From NCBI GenBank assembly GCA_963662315.1, contig OY759353.1, positions 3,840,001 to 3,904,000 on the forward strand: a DNA stretch of 64,000 nucleotides, read 5' to 3'. Position numbers and translations under genes: made by a program. The notes under the pieces are model-generated. The model worked only from the letters and a program-made list of their open reading frames with translations, did not search any database and was not told where the DNA came from. The DNA is from Geopsychrobacteraceae bacterium (lineage in GTDB: Bacteria; Desulfobacterota; Desulfuromonadia; Desulfuromonadales; Geopsychrobacteraceae). Below are positions 48,580-58,852 of this stretch, in pieces. Numbering within the stretch: the first letter of the stretch is position 1; each line of letters starts with the position of its first letter.

Positions 48580-49254
48580 ATGCGTATTCTGCTGGTAGAA
48601 GACGATAACCGCACCGCCCAGTTCGTTCGCAAAGGTTTTACGGAAGCCGGTTTTGCCGTTGATCGTGCCGCTGACGGACTGGAGGGGCTGTTTATGGCCC
48701 AGGATGCGCCCTACGATGCGGCCATTATTGACATCATGTTGCCCCGCTTGGATGGCCTGACCCTGATTGAGCGTTTGCGTAAACAGAAGATCAGCATGCC
48801 GATTATCGTTTTGAGCGCTAAAAATAGCGTTGATGAACGGGTCCAGGGGCTGCAGTCTGGTGGCGATGATTATCTGGTCAAACCGTTTGCTTTTACCGAG
48901 CTGCTGGTGCGGGTGCAGACCTTGCTGCGTCGTAGTCAGCGCCAGGAAGAAGCGACCAGCCTGACGGTGGATGATCTGGTTCTGGATATGGTCAAACGCA
49001 AAGTGCAGCGTGGTGATACCCCGATAGAGTTGCAGCACCGTGAATTTTCCCTGCTTGAATATCTGATGCGCAACAGCGGGCGGGTCGTCTCCAAGACCAT
49101 GATCATGGAACATGTCTGGGATTATAACTTTGATCCTGAAAGCAATGTTGTTGAATCGCGCATCTGCCGCCTGCGGGATAAAATTGATCTGCCCGGGGCG
49201 GCTAAACTGATCCATACCATCCGTGGCGCCGGCTATGTCCTGGAAAGGCGTTGA
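48580..49254 (+). CDS. OmpR-family response regulator
   Basis: Motifs MRILLVEDD, DIMLP, DDYLVKPF and IHTIRGAGY. Confidence 0.93.
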   Translation: MRILLVEDDNRTAQFVRKGFTEAGFAVDRAADGLEGLFMAQDAPYDAAIIDIMLPRLDGLTLIERLRKQKISMPIIVLSAKNSVDERVQGLQSGGDDYLVKPFAFTELLVRVQTLLRRSQRQEEATSLTVDDLVLDMVKRKVQRGDTPIELQHREFSLLEYLMRNSGRVVSKTMIMEHVWDYNFDPESNVVESRICRLRDKIDLPGAAKLIHTIRGAGYVLERR

Positions 49255-49257
49255 GCC

Positions 49258-50628
49258 GTGTTTAAAACCCTTGCCGCTCGTCTGACCTTCCTGTATCTGC
49301 TGCTGTTCAGTCTCCTGTCGCTACTGGTGTTCGGCATTATCTCTTATTCCCTGGAAGAAAATCTGCTCAGTCGGGCTGATGGTTATTTTGCCGAAGAGGC
49401 CGGAGAGTTTGCCAAAATTCTGCAGCAGGGCGGAGTGGACGCCGTACGTCGTGAAATCCGGCTGGAAACCGAGAGCAAAGGGGTTGATCAGCTGTTTATC
49501 CGTATTTATTCGCCAGCGAAAGGTACGGTCGCCGTGTCCGATCTGCGCAGTTGGAGAACCCTGCCGGAATTCAGCGCGATCCTGTCGACCATCAATGATG
49601 GTCCTGAATATTTCATGGTTGATCTGCCGCAAGGGAATGCCCGCATCTTTCATCATTCCATTGGCCAGGGATATATTTTTCAGGCCGGTATGCTGCTGAT
49701 CGAAGATCAGTTGCTGCTAGAGCGGCTACGGCGCTTTTTTGCCTTTGGTTTTGTCTGCACCCTGATTGGAGGCAGTTTTATCGGTTTTTATATTTCCCGT
49801 CGGGCGCTGCGGGGCGTGCACACGGTTCGGGAACGCGCAGAGTTGATCGGGCTAGGTGATTTAAGTCAGGAGATTATGTTTCAGGACAAGACCGAAGAGA
49901 TCAATCACCTGATCGCGGCGGTCAATCATATGCAACGCCAGATAAAAAAGCTGATTCAGGAACTGCAGGATGTCACCAACAATATTGCTCATGATTTGCG
50001 CAGTCCGGTGACCCGTATGCGGGGACTGGCAGAAACGACCCTGACCGGGGAACCGACCACGGAGGATTATCGCAATATGGCCGGTGCCGTTGTTGAGGAA
50101 TGTGACAGCCTGGTCGGGATGATCAACACCATGCTGGAGATCGCCGAGGCGGATGCCGGGATTAAGCGGCTCGACCTTGTTCCGGTGGATATTGCACTGA
50201 TGCTGCAGGACCTTGTCGATCTGTTTTCAACTTTGGCCGAGGATAAACATATTGGCATGACCCTGGCTGAAGCACCCGGACCATTGCTGGTCGCAGCAGA
50301 TCGTAGCCGTTTGCAGCGCGCTTTGGCCAATCTGCTTGATAATGCGATTAAGTTTACGCCGGCCGAAGGAGCGATCAGAATTTATACAGAAATTGTGGAT
50401 GGACAGGTATTCATTCACATTGCTGATAGCGGAAGCGGTATTTCCAAGGCTGACCTGCCGCGCGTCTGTGAACGCTTTTTTCGTGGTGATGGCAGTCGTT
50501 CCACTTCCGGTACCGGTCTGGGGTTGAGCCTGGTGCTGATGATCGCCCGTTCTCATGGCGGCGAGCTGCAATTGTTCAGTGAAGAAGGGCTGGGGACAGA
50601 AGCGGTACTGAGCTTGCCACTGAGCTGA
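49258..50628 (+). CDS. HAMP sensor histidine kinase
   Basis: Motifs NIAHDLRSP, NLLDNAIKFT and GTGLGL. Confidence 0.92.
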   Translation: MFKTLAARLTFLYLLLFSLLSLLVFGIISYSLEENLLSRADGYFAEEAGEFAKILQQGGVDAVRREIRLETESKGVDQLFIRIYSPAKGTVAVSDLRSWRTLPEFSAILSTINDGPEYFMVDLPQGNARIFHHSIGQGYIFQAGMLLIEDQLLLERLRRFFAFGFVCTLIGGSFIGFYISRRALRGVHTVRERAELIGLGDLSQEIMFQDKTEEINHLIAAVNHMQRQIKKLIQELQDVTNNIAHDLRSPVTRMRGLAETTLTGEPTTEDYRNMAGAVVEECDSLVGMINTMLEIAEADAGIKRLDLVPVDIALMLQDLVDLFSTLAEDKHIGMTLAEAPGPLLVAADRSRLQRALANLLDNAIKFTPAEGAIRIYTEIVDGQVFIHIADSGSGISKADLPRVCERFFRGDGSRSTSGTGLGLSLVLMIARSHGGELQLFSEEGLGTEAVLSLPLS

Positions 50629-50688
50629 GGGCTTGCTGTCCTTGCCGCGCCGAAAAATTCTCGTTTTCAAGTGGATAACCGGATAGCC

Positions 50689-51462
50689 TTACCGTCCGGT
50701 GATCGTTTGCGGAGAACTTTTAAACCATTTGAAGTAAAGGCGCTGATACTCGCCGCTTTTTTGTAATCTGTCCAAGGCGCGATTGACCTGGTCGCGTAAG
50801 CGGGTGTTGTGCGGGAAGGCGATGGCATAGTCCTGCTGCATATACAACGAGCCGACAATGGTCAGCAACTGCTGATCCTGTTTGCGCAAAAAATCAGCAA
50901 TTACCGGGGAATCAAAGACGACCGCATCGGTCCCGCCTGATAATAATTCCAAAAACATGGCATCGGTGTTGGGGAACAGCTTCAGCTCTTTGGGGCTTGT
51001 CTTGCTCCTGACGAAATCGGCGCTGGTTGTGCCAAATTTGGTGGCAACGGTTTTGCCGTTGAGATCGTCAAGAGAGGAGATGGCCAAATTATCGCTGCGC
51101 ACCAGAATCTGTAACCCCGAACGGTAATAGGGCTGTGAAAAGTCGATGGCGGCCAGACGGTCCGGTTTGATGGTGATTCCCGCGATGGCGGCGTCAAATT
51201 CGCCCTTCTGCAGTCCGGGAATAATAGCGTTGAAATTGGTCGGTTGCAGTCGGTATTCCAGATTTTCCTCCCTGGCGATAGCTTGCCACAGATCAATGTC
51301 AAAACCGACATAGTTGCCATTGCGATCCTTGAATTCAAACGGCGGAAAGTTTTTGTCGATGGCGATCAGCAGTTGTTCAGCAGCAAAAGCAGGCATAACC
51401 AGCAACTGCAAACCGATCAAGCTGAGTAGAAATCCCCAAACCAATAAATGACGCCTGCCCAT
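50689..51462 (-). CDS. Polar amino-acid (glutamine-like) substrate-binding protein
   Basis: Signal peptide; motifs FPPFEF, GFDIDLW, AGITI and DFSQPYY; GlnH-like. Confidence 0.85.
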   Translation of the reverse strand: MGRRHLLVWGFLLSLIGLQLLVMPAFAAEQLLIAIDKNFPPFEFKDRNGNYVGFDIDLWQAIAREENLEYRLQPTNFNAIIPGLQKGEFDAAIAGITIKPDRLAAIDFSQPYYRSGLQILVRSDNLAISSLDDLNGKTVATKFGTTSADFVRSKTSPKELKLFPNTDAMFLELLSGGTDAVVFDSPVIADFLRKQDQQLLTIVGSLYMQQDYAIAFPHNTRLRDQVNRALDRLQKSGEYQRLYFKWFKSSPQTITGR

Positions 51463-51465
51463 CTG

Positions 51466-52881
51466 TTAATTACCCTCTGCGCTTCGGCGTCTTTTCAGAC
51501 GCTTGCTCAGGCTCGGTTGGGCAATGCCCAGCAAGCGGGCGGCCTGGGTCTGATTTCCGGCGGCCCGTTCCAATGCGGCCTCGACCAGCAATTCACTGGC
51601 TTCGTTGAGGGTCGGCAGTTCATCGAGGCATAAGAAGGGATTGGTCGCCGGAGTTGCGGACAGCGTCTGATTGGCGGGGGTGATGCGTTCATAAAAGCTG
51701 GACATGGACAACACGCCACCGCTATGGAGACTGACGGCATTAAAAATCATACTGCGCAATTCGCGGACGTTGCCCGGAAAGCTGTAGGATGCCAGTAACG
51801 TCGCCAATTGGGGGGGCGGCGTTGGCTTGGCTTTCCCCTGATCCTCAGCGGCCTGGGCCAGGAAGTGGTCAATCAACAACGGTAGGTCTTCGCGACGTTG
51901 GCGTAACGGCGGAATGCGCACCTGGTGGGCCTGAATGCGGAAGTACAGGTCGCGCCGGAAAGCTCCGCTGGCGACCTTGTCTTCCAGATTGTGGTGGGTG
52001 GCAAAGATTATGCGGGCTTTCAGCTGCTGCGCTGTGTCACTCCCGAGCGGATAATATTCCCCTTCCTGAAGAGTCCGTAGCAGTTTGACCTGGCTGGCCT
52101 GGGACAGGTCGCCTATTTCGTCGAGCAGCAAGGTGCCTCCTGTCGCTTTATCGATCATGCCACCGCGGTCACGTTCGGCCCCGGTGAAAGCGCCGCGTTT
52201 GTGACCGAACAGGGTATCGGCAAAGGTGTTGTCATCCAGCCCGGCGACGTTAACGGCGACCAGTTCCCCTGGTGCCTGACTCAAACAGTGGACGGCCTGG
52301 GCGATCAGTTCTTTGCCGACCCCGCTTTCACCGAGGATCAGCAGGGGCTGGGACGACGAGGCAACCGCTTCAAGGTAGCGAAAGACCGTCATCATGGCCG
52401 CGCTACGCGTGACCAGATGGCTGAAGCACTCGGGCTGCTTCAGGGCACTGCTCAAAAAGTTGCGGTGCAGCTTGGTGTTTTCACGTTTCAGTTCCGCCAT
52501 CTGCACAGCGCGACGCACCCCGTCAAGCAGCCGCTCCTCGTCATCGGTTTTGACAAAGTAATCGTAGGCGCCCCGGCGCATGCAGCGCACTGCAGTATCC
52601 AGTTGGTTCAATCCCGAAATAATGACCACCAGAACCTCCGGATAATTATCATTGATCTGCTGCAGAATCTCTTCCCCCGAACTATGGGGCATGGTCAGGT
52701 CAAGCAGGACGACACCGATATCCTGTTGCCTGAGCAAGGTGAGCACATCGCGGCTGTCGCTGCACTTAACCAGATTGTTATAGCCCCCGAGGCTTTGCAG
52801 GGTGCGGCTCAGGCTGCGCAGCCAGGCAGGTTCGTCATCGACCAGCAGGATGGCAAAGTCGGGGTTGGAAGGCGAATTCAT
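51466..52881 (-). CDS. sigma54-dependent response regulator (NtrC family)
   Basis: REC domain; motifs GESGVGKE, FGHKRGAFTGA and FPGNVREL; C-terminal HTH. Confidence 0.95.
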   Translation of the reverse strand: MNSPSNPDFAILLVDDEPAWLRSLSRTLQSLGGYNNLVKCSDSRDVLTLLRQQDIGVVLLDLTMPHSSGEEILQQINDNYPEVLVVIISGLNQLDTAVRCMRRGAYDYFVKTDDEERLLDGVRRAVQMAELKRENTKLHRNFLSSALKQPECFSHLVTRSAAMMTVFRYLEAVASSSQPLLILGESGVGKELIAQAVHCLSQAPGELVAVNVAGLDDNTFADTLFGHKRGAFTGAERDRGGMIDKATGGTLLLDEIGDLSQASQVKLLRTLQEGEYYPLGSDTAQQLKARIIFATHHNLEDKVASGAFRRDLYFRIQAHQVRIPPLRQRREDLPLLIDHFLAQAAEDQGKAKPTPPPQLATLLASYSFPGNVRELRSMIFNAVSLHSGGVLSMSSFYERITPANQTLSATPATNPFLCLDELPTLNEASELLVEAALERAAGNQTQAARLLGIAQPSLSKRLKRRRSAEGN

Positions 52882-54587
52882 AAAACCTCACTACGGGGAA
52901 GAACCAGTCTGGCGCGGGTGCCGAGGCCGGGTTCAGAGTTAAATTCCAGGCGACCGTCATGTTCTTCGGCGATGGTCGATGAGATTGACAGGCCAAGACC
53001 AGTCCCCCCACTTTCGCGGCGGGTCGTGAAGAACGGGTCACTGAGCTGGGAAAGGTATTCCGGCTTGATTCCACAGCCGTGGTCCTCGACCTCGAGCCAG
53101 ACCTCGGTGGCTGAACGGCCGCTGCGCAGGATCAGCGCCTGAGAGGTATTTTCCAGTGCCTGGCAGGCGTTGATGAGCAGGTTGATGACGATCTGTTCCA
53201 AGCGTTGCTGATTGCCGCGGATCAGTGGCAACTCATCGCTCAGTTCCAGGGTAAAATGGGCGGTCGCTTTTGCGATCGGGTTGGCCAGCAGCTGCGTGGC
53301 GTTTTCAGCAACACTATTAAGGCTTACTGCCGTCATCGGTGGGGTGTCGTTGCGCTGCGAAAAGTTTCTCAGGTTCTCGACAATGTGTTTGATGCGGCTC
53401 GAGCTGTCGTACATTTCCCTCAGCATGTCGGGAATATCATCGCGCATCTGTGAATAGGGGATACGGCCGACGCTGAAATCTCCCTGCCGCTGATAATGCT
53501 TTTCCAGTAGCGGGGCAATATCGCTCCAGGCGCGTTGCAGCTGCGGCAGGTTGAGCAGCACCAGGGCATTAGGGTTGTTGATTTCATGGGCAACCCCGGA
53601 AACGAGGACCCCTAAGGAGGTCATTTTATCGGCCTGAATCAGCTGTTGCTGATGCTTTTTTAATTGCTCCATGGCGCGCTCACGCTCAGCCACCTCGAGT
53701 TTCAGGTCGGCCGTTCGCATGCGGACCTGGCGTTTGAGGGTCCAGGTCCAGAGCAGAATCAGGCTCAGAATAAAGGTAAAACTGCCCAGTAGCCCAGCGC
53801 CGATTTTCATGACCCTTTTCATGGCCATGCCGGTTTCCGTGGGGAGCAGGCCGATCCATTTGTTGTAGATCTGCTTGTAGCTGCCAGCCAATTTGGCCAG
53901 GGCCAGTCCTTCGGTGACCAACGCCAGCATCTGTGTGTTCCCCTTTTTAACCATAAAGCCGTATTCCAGGGTCAACAGAGGCTTGCCGGCAATTTTGACA
54001 TTGGTGACCTGCAGGCGGCCGATCAGATATTCACCGGACAGGGTCGCGCCGAGTACGGCTTCATACTGGCCGATAGCCAGCAGGCGCAATGCGTCTTCTA
54101 GAGATGCGACAGGTATCGCGTTGATGTCTAACTCCGGGTGCTGGCTCAGGTATTCCTGCATGGCACCATGGCGGACAACGACAACCTGTTTGCCGGCGAG
54201 TTCCTCAAGGCGGGATATGGTTGCGTCTTTGCGGGTCCAGAGTGACTCATAAAGCTGGGCGTGGGGCGGAGCAAAGTCACATTCGTTTTCCCACGTTTTA
54301 TTGTAGGGGCCGGCCAGAATGTCGATCTGGCCGGTAGCGAGCATGTGGCGCAGCTTCTGCCAGGGTGCGTGCAGGTAGATGACATCAACCCCCATGGCGG
54401 AACCGATCGCCTGGGCCAGGTCGATGTTCAGCCCTTTGGCCTGACCGTCAAAATCAATAAATTCATAGGGGGGAAGGTCGGGATCAAAGCCGATTACAAT
54501 CGGGCGTTGCGGCAACGGATCCGCTGTCGCTGAATAAAAAGGGAACAGGATGAAAAATAATAAAAGAAGGTATCTCAGTCTGACCAT
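52878..54587 (-). CDS. Sensor kinase with periplasmic amino-acid-binding (PBP) domain
   Basis: DLPPYEF PBP domain, GVAHEINNP and GTGLGL. Confidence 0.9.
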   Translation of the reverse strand: MVRLRYLLLLFFILFPFYSATADPLPQRPIVIGFDPDLPPYEFIDFDGQAKGLNIDLAQAIGSAMGVDVIYLHAPWQKLRHMLATGQIDILAGPYNKTWENECDFAPPHAQLYESLWTRKDATISRLEELAGKQVVVVRHGAMQEYLSQHPELDINAIPVASLEDALRLLAIGQYEAVLGATLSGEYLIGRLQVTNVKIAGKPLLTLEYGFMVKKGNTQMLALVTEGLALAKLAGSYKQIYNKWIGLLPTETGMAMKRVMKIGAGLLGSFTFILSLILLWTWTLKRQVRMRTADLKLEVAERERAMEQLKKHQQQLIQADKMTSLGVLVSGVAHEINNPNALVLLNLPQLQRAWSDIAPLLEKHYQRQGDFSVGRIPYSQMRDDIPDMLREMYDSSSRIKHIVENLRNFSQRNDTPPMTAVSLNSVAENATQLLANPIAKATAHFTLELSDELPLIRGNQQRLEQIVINLLINACQALENTSQALILRSGRSATEVWLEVEDHGCGIKPEYLSQLSDPFFTTRRESGGTGLGLSISSTIAEEHDGRLEFNSEPGLGTRARLVLPRSEVL

Positions 54588-54670
54588 GGTTATTCATTAT
54601 CCAAAAGCATTAAAGTATGTCAATGGTATTGAGCTCCTTCTCTGCTGATATCCCATTGCTTGCCGGGTGT

Positions 54671-54703
54671 GCGCCCCTGCTGCTGAAATGGCAGCAGGGG
54701 CGC
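54671..54703. terminator. Strong hairpin after gdh
   Basis: GCGCCCCTGCTGC..GCAGCAGGGGCGC. Confidence 0.6.
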
Positions 54704-54707
54704 TGTA

Positions 54708-57700
54708 TCAGGCCGCCTGATGATAACGGCGGCTGAGATGCCCTTTGAGCAGGAAGATGAAATCATTCTCCTTGTTGCCGTGGTAGACCATTGAGGTTGC
54801 CAGTTCTACGGCTAAAATGGCATAGCGATATTTGGCCGGCAGCTGATCTATCCGACTGTGATAACAGCTGTTGTTCTGCAGAAACTGTGGCAAATGGGTC
54901 AGGATTGCCTGCTTGAACAAAGATTCTTCACTGGTCTGCGGGTTATTGCAGAAATAGCTGAACAGCTGTTGGTAAAGATCATTGATTTCATGACTGATAT
55001 CCTCCGAAATCTGGGTGAACAGGGTGCGCCCTTCGGCTTCCTGGTGGCGCCTGAAAATTAGCCGTACTTCGTCACGGGCGCGCTGTTGCAGGATGGTCAG
55101 GACATCGCGCACATAGTCCTGCTTGTGGGTGATAAATTCCTCCTGGCTCATAACCAGATTGGCGATGATTTCATAAGAGGAGGAGATAACGCCACACTTG
55201 TTGGCTGATGAATCGCGTAGCAGGATAATCCCTTTATTCTGTAATTCGTTGCGTGCTGCCGGAGTGATAAATGAGTTGGCGCCCTCAACAATGGCGCGGG
55301 CCGATGGAGTGCCATCAGAGCTGAAAAACTTTTGCCAGTTGTCCATATCGATGGTTTCAGGTCTGCCGCCACCGGGAATGAACAGATCGGCCTGAACTGA
55401 AAAGGGAAGGCTGTTGAACTGGCTGTAAAACTCATCAACAGAAAGCCATTCTTCGTGGAGCTCGCCGTTATCGCAGCTGACTTTGCGATACAGTTCCCTG
55501 AGCCCGTCTTTACGGCGCTGATTCCGGTAGAGGATAAAATCACCACCGGCCAGGCAGGCTGGATCAAACTGGTCAATATCGTGTTTGAGCAGCAGTCGGG
55601 ACAGTTCCTGGGGTTGCGCTCCCTGCGGGGCGAACAGGGCACCACTGCCATCGAGGATCAATTTAATGGCAACCTGCGGACACTTGTCGAGCAGCAGTTT
55701 CATGGCATTACCAGCCACATCCCCGGCCGGTCCACCGGTAAACTTGACGCTGAATGGTGTCTGGTGACAAGCGATCCCGAGCTGTTCAAGAGTCACTTCG
55801 GCGAAGGTGACAACCCCGGCAGAGGTGACACCGAATTCCTTGTGATTGATGCCGACCTGTTTCCCGGAGATCAGTCCGATCCCCAGTACGTAACCACGCC
55901 GCTGTGATTCTTTGGCGATGGTCTCGATCATGATATCGTGCATGTTTTCGTCGGGGCCCAGCTCAATCGCTTCCTCTTCCCCATAATAATCGACGACCTG
56001 CGGATCCTTGATGTGCCCATCCTGCCAGACGAAAATATCGAGAAAAGCGCTGATAAAGCTGTACTGCAATTTATACAAACGCTGCTGGACCAGTTGCGGG
56101 TCGCGTGCTGAAAAGGCATTGAGAACCGCAACCATTTTCGAGCCACCTTCAAAAATATCCTTGTTTTTTAAATGCTGTGTGTGAGCCAGGACCGCAGTTT
56201 CTTTGAACATGGTGTTGGCGCAGGTGACGTAATCATCGCGATCATTGGCGATCAGCGTGCGCCAGCCACCACGGGCGATATCTGAATAACCCATGTGGTA
56301 GCCGACCCCATAGCGGCCAAAGAAAAAGGTGATGCGGAAAGGCGTATCGGGCGGCAGGTCTTCCGTGAAGCAGGAGTCCAGATCCTGCAGGTAGGCTGGA
56401 TCAAGACGAAACGCCAACGCCTGTTTGGCTACAACGAAAAAGTTGGTCTTCAGGGTGTGACGAATAAAGCTCAGGCAACAGCGGAAGATCTTGCGCCGGT
56501 AAGAGTCGACCCGCTTGTGACCGGTGTTATAATTCTCAACAGTTTTGACCAACTGGTCCATGAGGTGGTGGTACTGTCTGTTCTGCGCACAAATGGCTGG
56601 ATCAAAGCGTTCGCGAAACAGAGCAATAAACTGCAGACACAGGTCGGGGTGGCTATAGAAGGCCCGTTCGACCCCTTCCAAATCATAGCGGTCACTGCTA
56701 TGGGCCAGGTTGGTGTGGCAGAAGGCGATGAAGGCATTAACCAGGGTAGCGTCTTCGCCACTGAGAATTTTATGGGTGACAAAATCCTGATAGGCCTGAG
56801 AACGGGTCTGGAGCAACTGGGTGTTGTACAGTTCTTTGCGTAAGCGAATGAACTGGTCGCTGGTGTCGCTGCTCAGGTCGACCTCCTGCTTGCGGACGTA
56901 AAAGGTCCCCAGGAAAACCGGATGGATGCCGTTGCTTAAGGTCAGGCAATAGGTGCGTTTGATGCCGATCCCCAGGCGTTTGAAAACTTCCATGATCTGC
57001 AGCAGAAAGTCGCGCTGTGGCGGGTTGCTGACGCCGAACAGGATACGGTTTTCCACGGCACCGTCATGCCCGGCGGCTTCTTCGACGTCAAGATAGATCC
57101 CGCCATTGCTCCTGAGTTGCTCATACAGGTGCAAAATCTGGGCGACCCGTTGTGATGGTGAGTTTTCCACATAGTTGCGGTGATTCAGCCACAGAATGTT
57201 CAGCAGGGAGTCAAACTGATTGAGGTCAAAGTCAGGGTAGTTCTGCTTAACGCTTGTCGCGACCTGCTCTTCGAGAGTCATGGGGATATTAATGGGCTGC
57301 TCAAGCCCGGCGGCGATCTCCTGATGGCTTTTGCGGTCAAACTCAAAGCGTTGGATTTCGAGCATTTGATCGAGTCCGGGAATTTTCCCGTAAGACTGGG
57401 TAATGTGGGCAAAGGAAATGTCTTTTTCCCGCAGGGTGCTTAATGAATCATACAGGGAGCCGGGCTGATTGAGCCGGGCCAGGATCAGTTTGTCCTCGGT
57501 GTCGGCCAGAATGCGTCGCTTATTGCTGGCGAGACTGTCCAGAATCGTTGCCAGGATACTGATGGCCTCCGGTTCCTGGCGCATTGACAAGAAAAAATAG
57601 GGGTGCATCTGCTGTTCCAGCCAGGCCAGGTTGGTTCTGGCTTTGAGCTGATTGTTTTCGATGGCCTGTTCAACCTGGTGCAACATGGTACTTTCACCTG

Positions 57701-57710
57701 CGAGAGTCAT
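54708..57710 (-). CDS. Large NAD-dependent glutamate dehydrogenase
   Basis: Motifs DIARGGWR, KNKDIFEGGSK, GPDE, GINHKEFGVTS, GGPAGDVAGN, EGAN and NKCGVISSSYE. Confidence 0.9.
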   Translation of the reverse strand: MTLAGESTMLHQVEQAIENNQLKARTNLAWLEQQMHPYFFLSMRQEPEAISILATILDSLASNKRRILADTEDKLILARLNQPGSLYDSLSTLREKDISFAHITQSYGKIPGLDQMLEIQRFEFDRKSHQEIAAGLEQPINIPMTLEEQVATSVKQNYPDFDLNQFDSLLNILWLNHRNYVENSPSQRVAQILHLYEQLRSNGGIYLDVEEAAGHDGAVENRILFGVSNPPQRDFLLQIMEVFKRLGIGIKRTYCLTLSNGIHPVFLGTFYVRKQEVDLSSDTSDQFIRLRKELYNTQLLQTRSQAYQDFVTHKILSGEDATLVNAFIAFCHTNLAHSSDRYDLEGVERAFYSHPDLCLQFIALFRERFDPAICAQNRQYHHLMDQLVKTVENYNTGHKRVDSYRRKIFRCCLSFIRHTLKTNFFVVAKQALAFRLDPAYLQDLDSCFTEDLPPDTPFRITFFFGRYGVGYHMGYSDIARGGWRTLIANDRDDYVTCANTMFKETAVLAHTQHLKNKDIFEGGSKMVAVLNAFSARDPQLVQQRLYKLQYSFISAFLDIFVWQDGHIKDPQVVDYYGEEEAIELGPDENMHDIMIETIAKESQRRGYVLGIGLISGKQVGINHKEFGVTSAGVVTFAEVTLEQLGIACHQTPFSVKFTGGPAGDVAGNAMKLLLDKCPQVAIKLILDGSGALFAPQGAQPQELSRLLLKHDIDQFDPACLAGGDFILYRNQRRKDGLRELYRKVSCDNGELHEEWLSVDEFYSQFNSLPFSVQADLFIPGGGRPETIDMDNWQKFFSSDGTPSARAIVEGANSFITPAARNELQNKGIILLRDSSANKCGVISSSYEIIANLVMSQEEFITHKQDYVRDVLTILQQRARDEVRLIFRRHQEAEGRTLFTQISEDISHEINDLYQQLFSYFCNNPQTSEESLFKQAILTHLPQFLQNNSCYHSRIDQLPAKYRYAILAVELATSMVYHGNKENDFIFLLKGHLSRRYHQAA

Positions 57711-57851
57711 GACCTGCTCCTTGTTATTAATCGTCTCTGCTATATTTGTCGGTAAATGTGAAAGATCTGGTACTTAAGTACCGCCATCGGGACGTCCCCG
57801 ATGGCAACTGATTAATCGATATCGGCGTTGCGCTCGTTTTTTCTCTCTTCA

Positions 57852-58832
57852 TCAGAAAATGGAATAGCCGGTTTGGCGGACAAAAGCCTCAAGTGCCGCA
57901 ACGCCCGCCAGGGAATTGCCATTGCAGTCAAGTCCGGGGGACCAGACACAGATGCTCATCTGTCCCGGAACAATAGCGACGATGCCTCCGCCCACGCCAC
58001 TTTTGGCCGGCAGCCCGACGCGATAGGCAAATTCGCCGACGGCGTCATACATACCGCAGGTTAACAATAACGAATTGATTTTCTGGGTCTGCTCAGCGGA
58101 GATAATCCGGTGCCCGGTCGCAGGGTCGACACCGCGGTTGGCCAGGAACAGCGTGCAGCGAGCCAGGTCGCAACAGTTCATGGCAATGGCACATTGATGG
58201 AAATAGGTATCAAGCACCTGCTCAACATCATTGGTGATGTTGCCGTAACTCTTCATGAAGTTGGTCAGGGCTGCGTTACGATGACCATGCTTTTTTTCTG
58301 ATTCGGCAATTTCAAAATCGTATTGTAGTGAGGTGTTACCTGACAGGTTTTTGATAAATTGCAGAATGGAATTTTTGGCGTTGCCGAAATTGGATATCAG
58401 GTAATCGGCAACCACCAGAGCCCCGGCATTGATCAGCGGGTTACGTGGGATGCCATGGTTCTGTTCAAGCTGAATAATGGAATTAAAGGCATTGTTTGAG
58501 GTTTCGCGGCCGACCCGGCTCCAGATTTCTGTCGCATGCTGCTGAAGGGCCAGAATCAGCGTCAACGCTTTAGAAATACTCTGAATTGAAAACAGCATGT
58601 CGGCCTGGCCAACGCGGTATACCTGGCCGTTGATGGTGGTGACGACCATGGCAAAATGATTGGGACTGACGTTGGCCAGGGCTGGAATATAACTGGCGAC
58701 CTTCCCCTTGCCCAGCAGAGGTTTGATCTCTTTGGCAATGTCTTCCAGAATCGTTTGTAGTGAGGCGCCCTGCCCGGACAGATCCGGGCAGGGGAGGAGT
58801 TCTAAACATGTCGCTGCATCACTCATTGTCAT
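57852..58832 (-). CDS. glsA: Glutaminase
   Basis: Motifs GKVASYIPALA, FSIQSISK, NPLINAGA and PAKSGVGGG. Confidence 0.95.
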   Translation of the reverse strand: MTMSDAATCLELLPCPDLSGQGASLQTILEDIAKEIKPLLGKGKVASYIPALANVSPNHFAMVVTTINGQVYRVGQADMLFSIQSISKALTLILALQQHATEIWSRVGRETSNNAFNSIIQLEQNHGIPRNPLINAGALVVADYLISNFGNAKNSILQFIKNLSGNTSLQYDFEIAESEKKHGHRNAALTNFMKSYGNITNDVEQVLDTYFHQCAIAMNCCDLARCTLFLANRGVDPATGHRIISAEQTQKINSLLLTCGMYDAVGEFAYRVGLPAKSGVGGGIVAIVPGQMSICVWSPGLDCNGNSLAGVAALEAFVRQTGYSIF

Positions 58833-58852
58833 GCGCTCCCAGGTGTCAAGTG

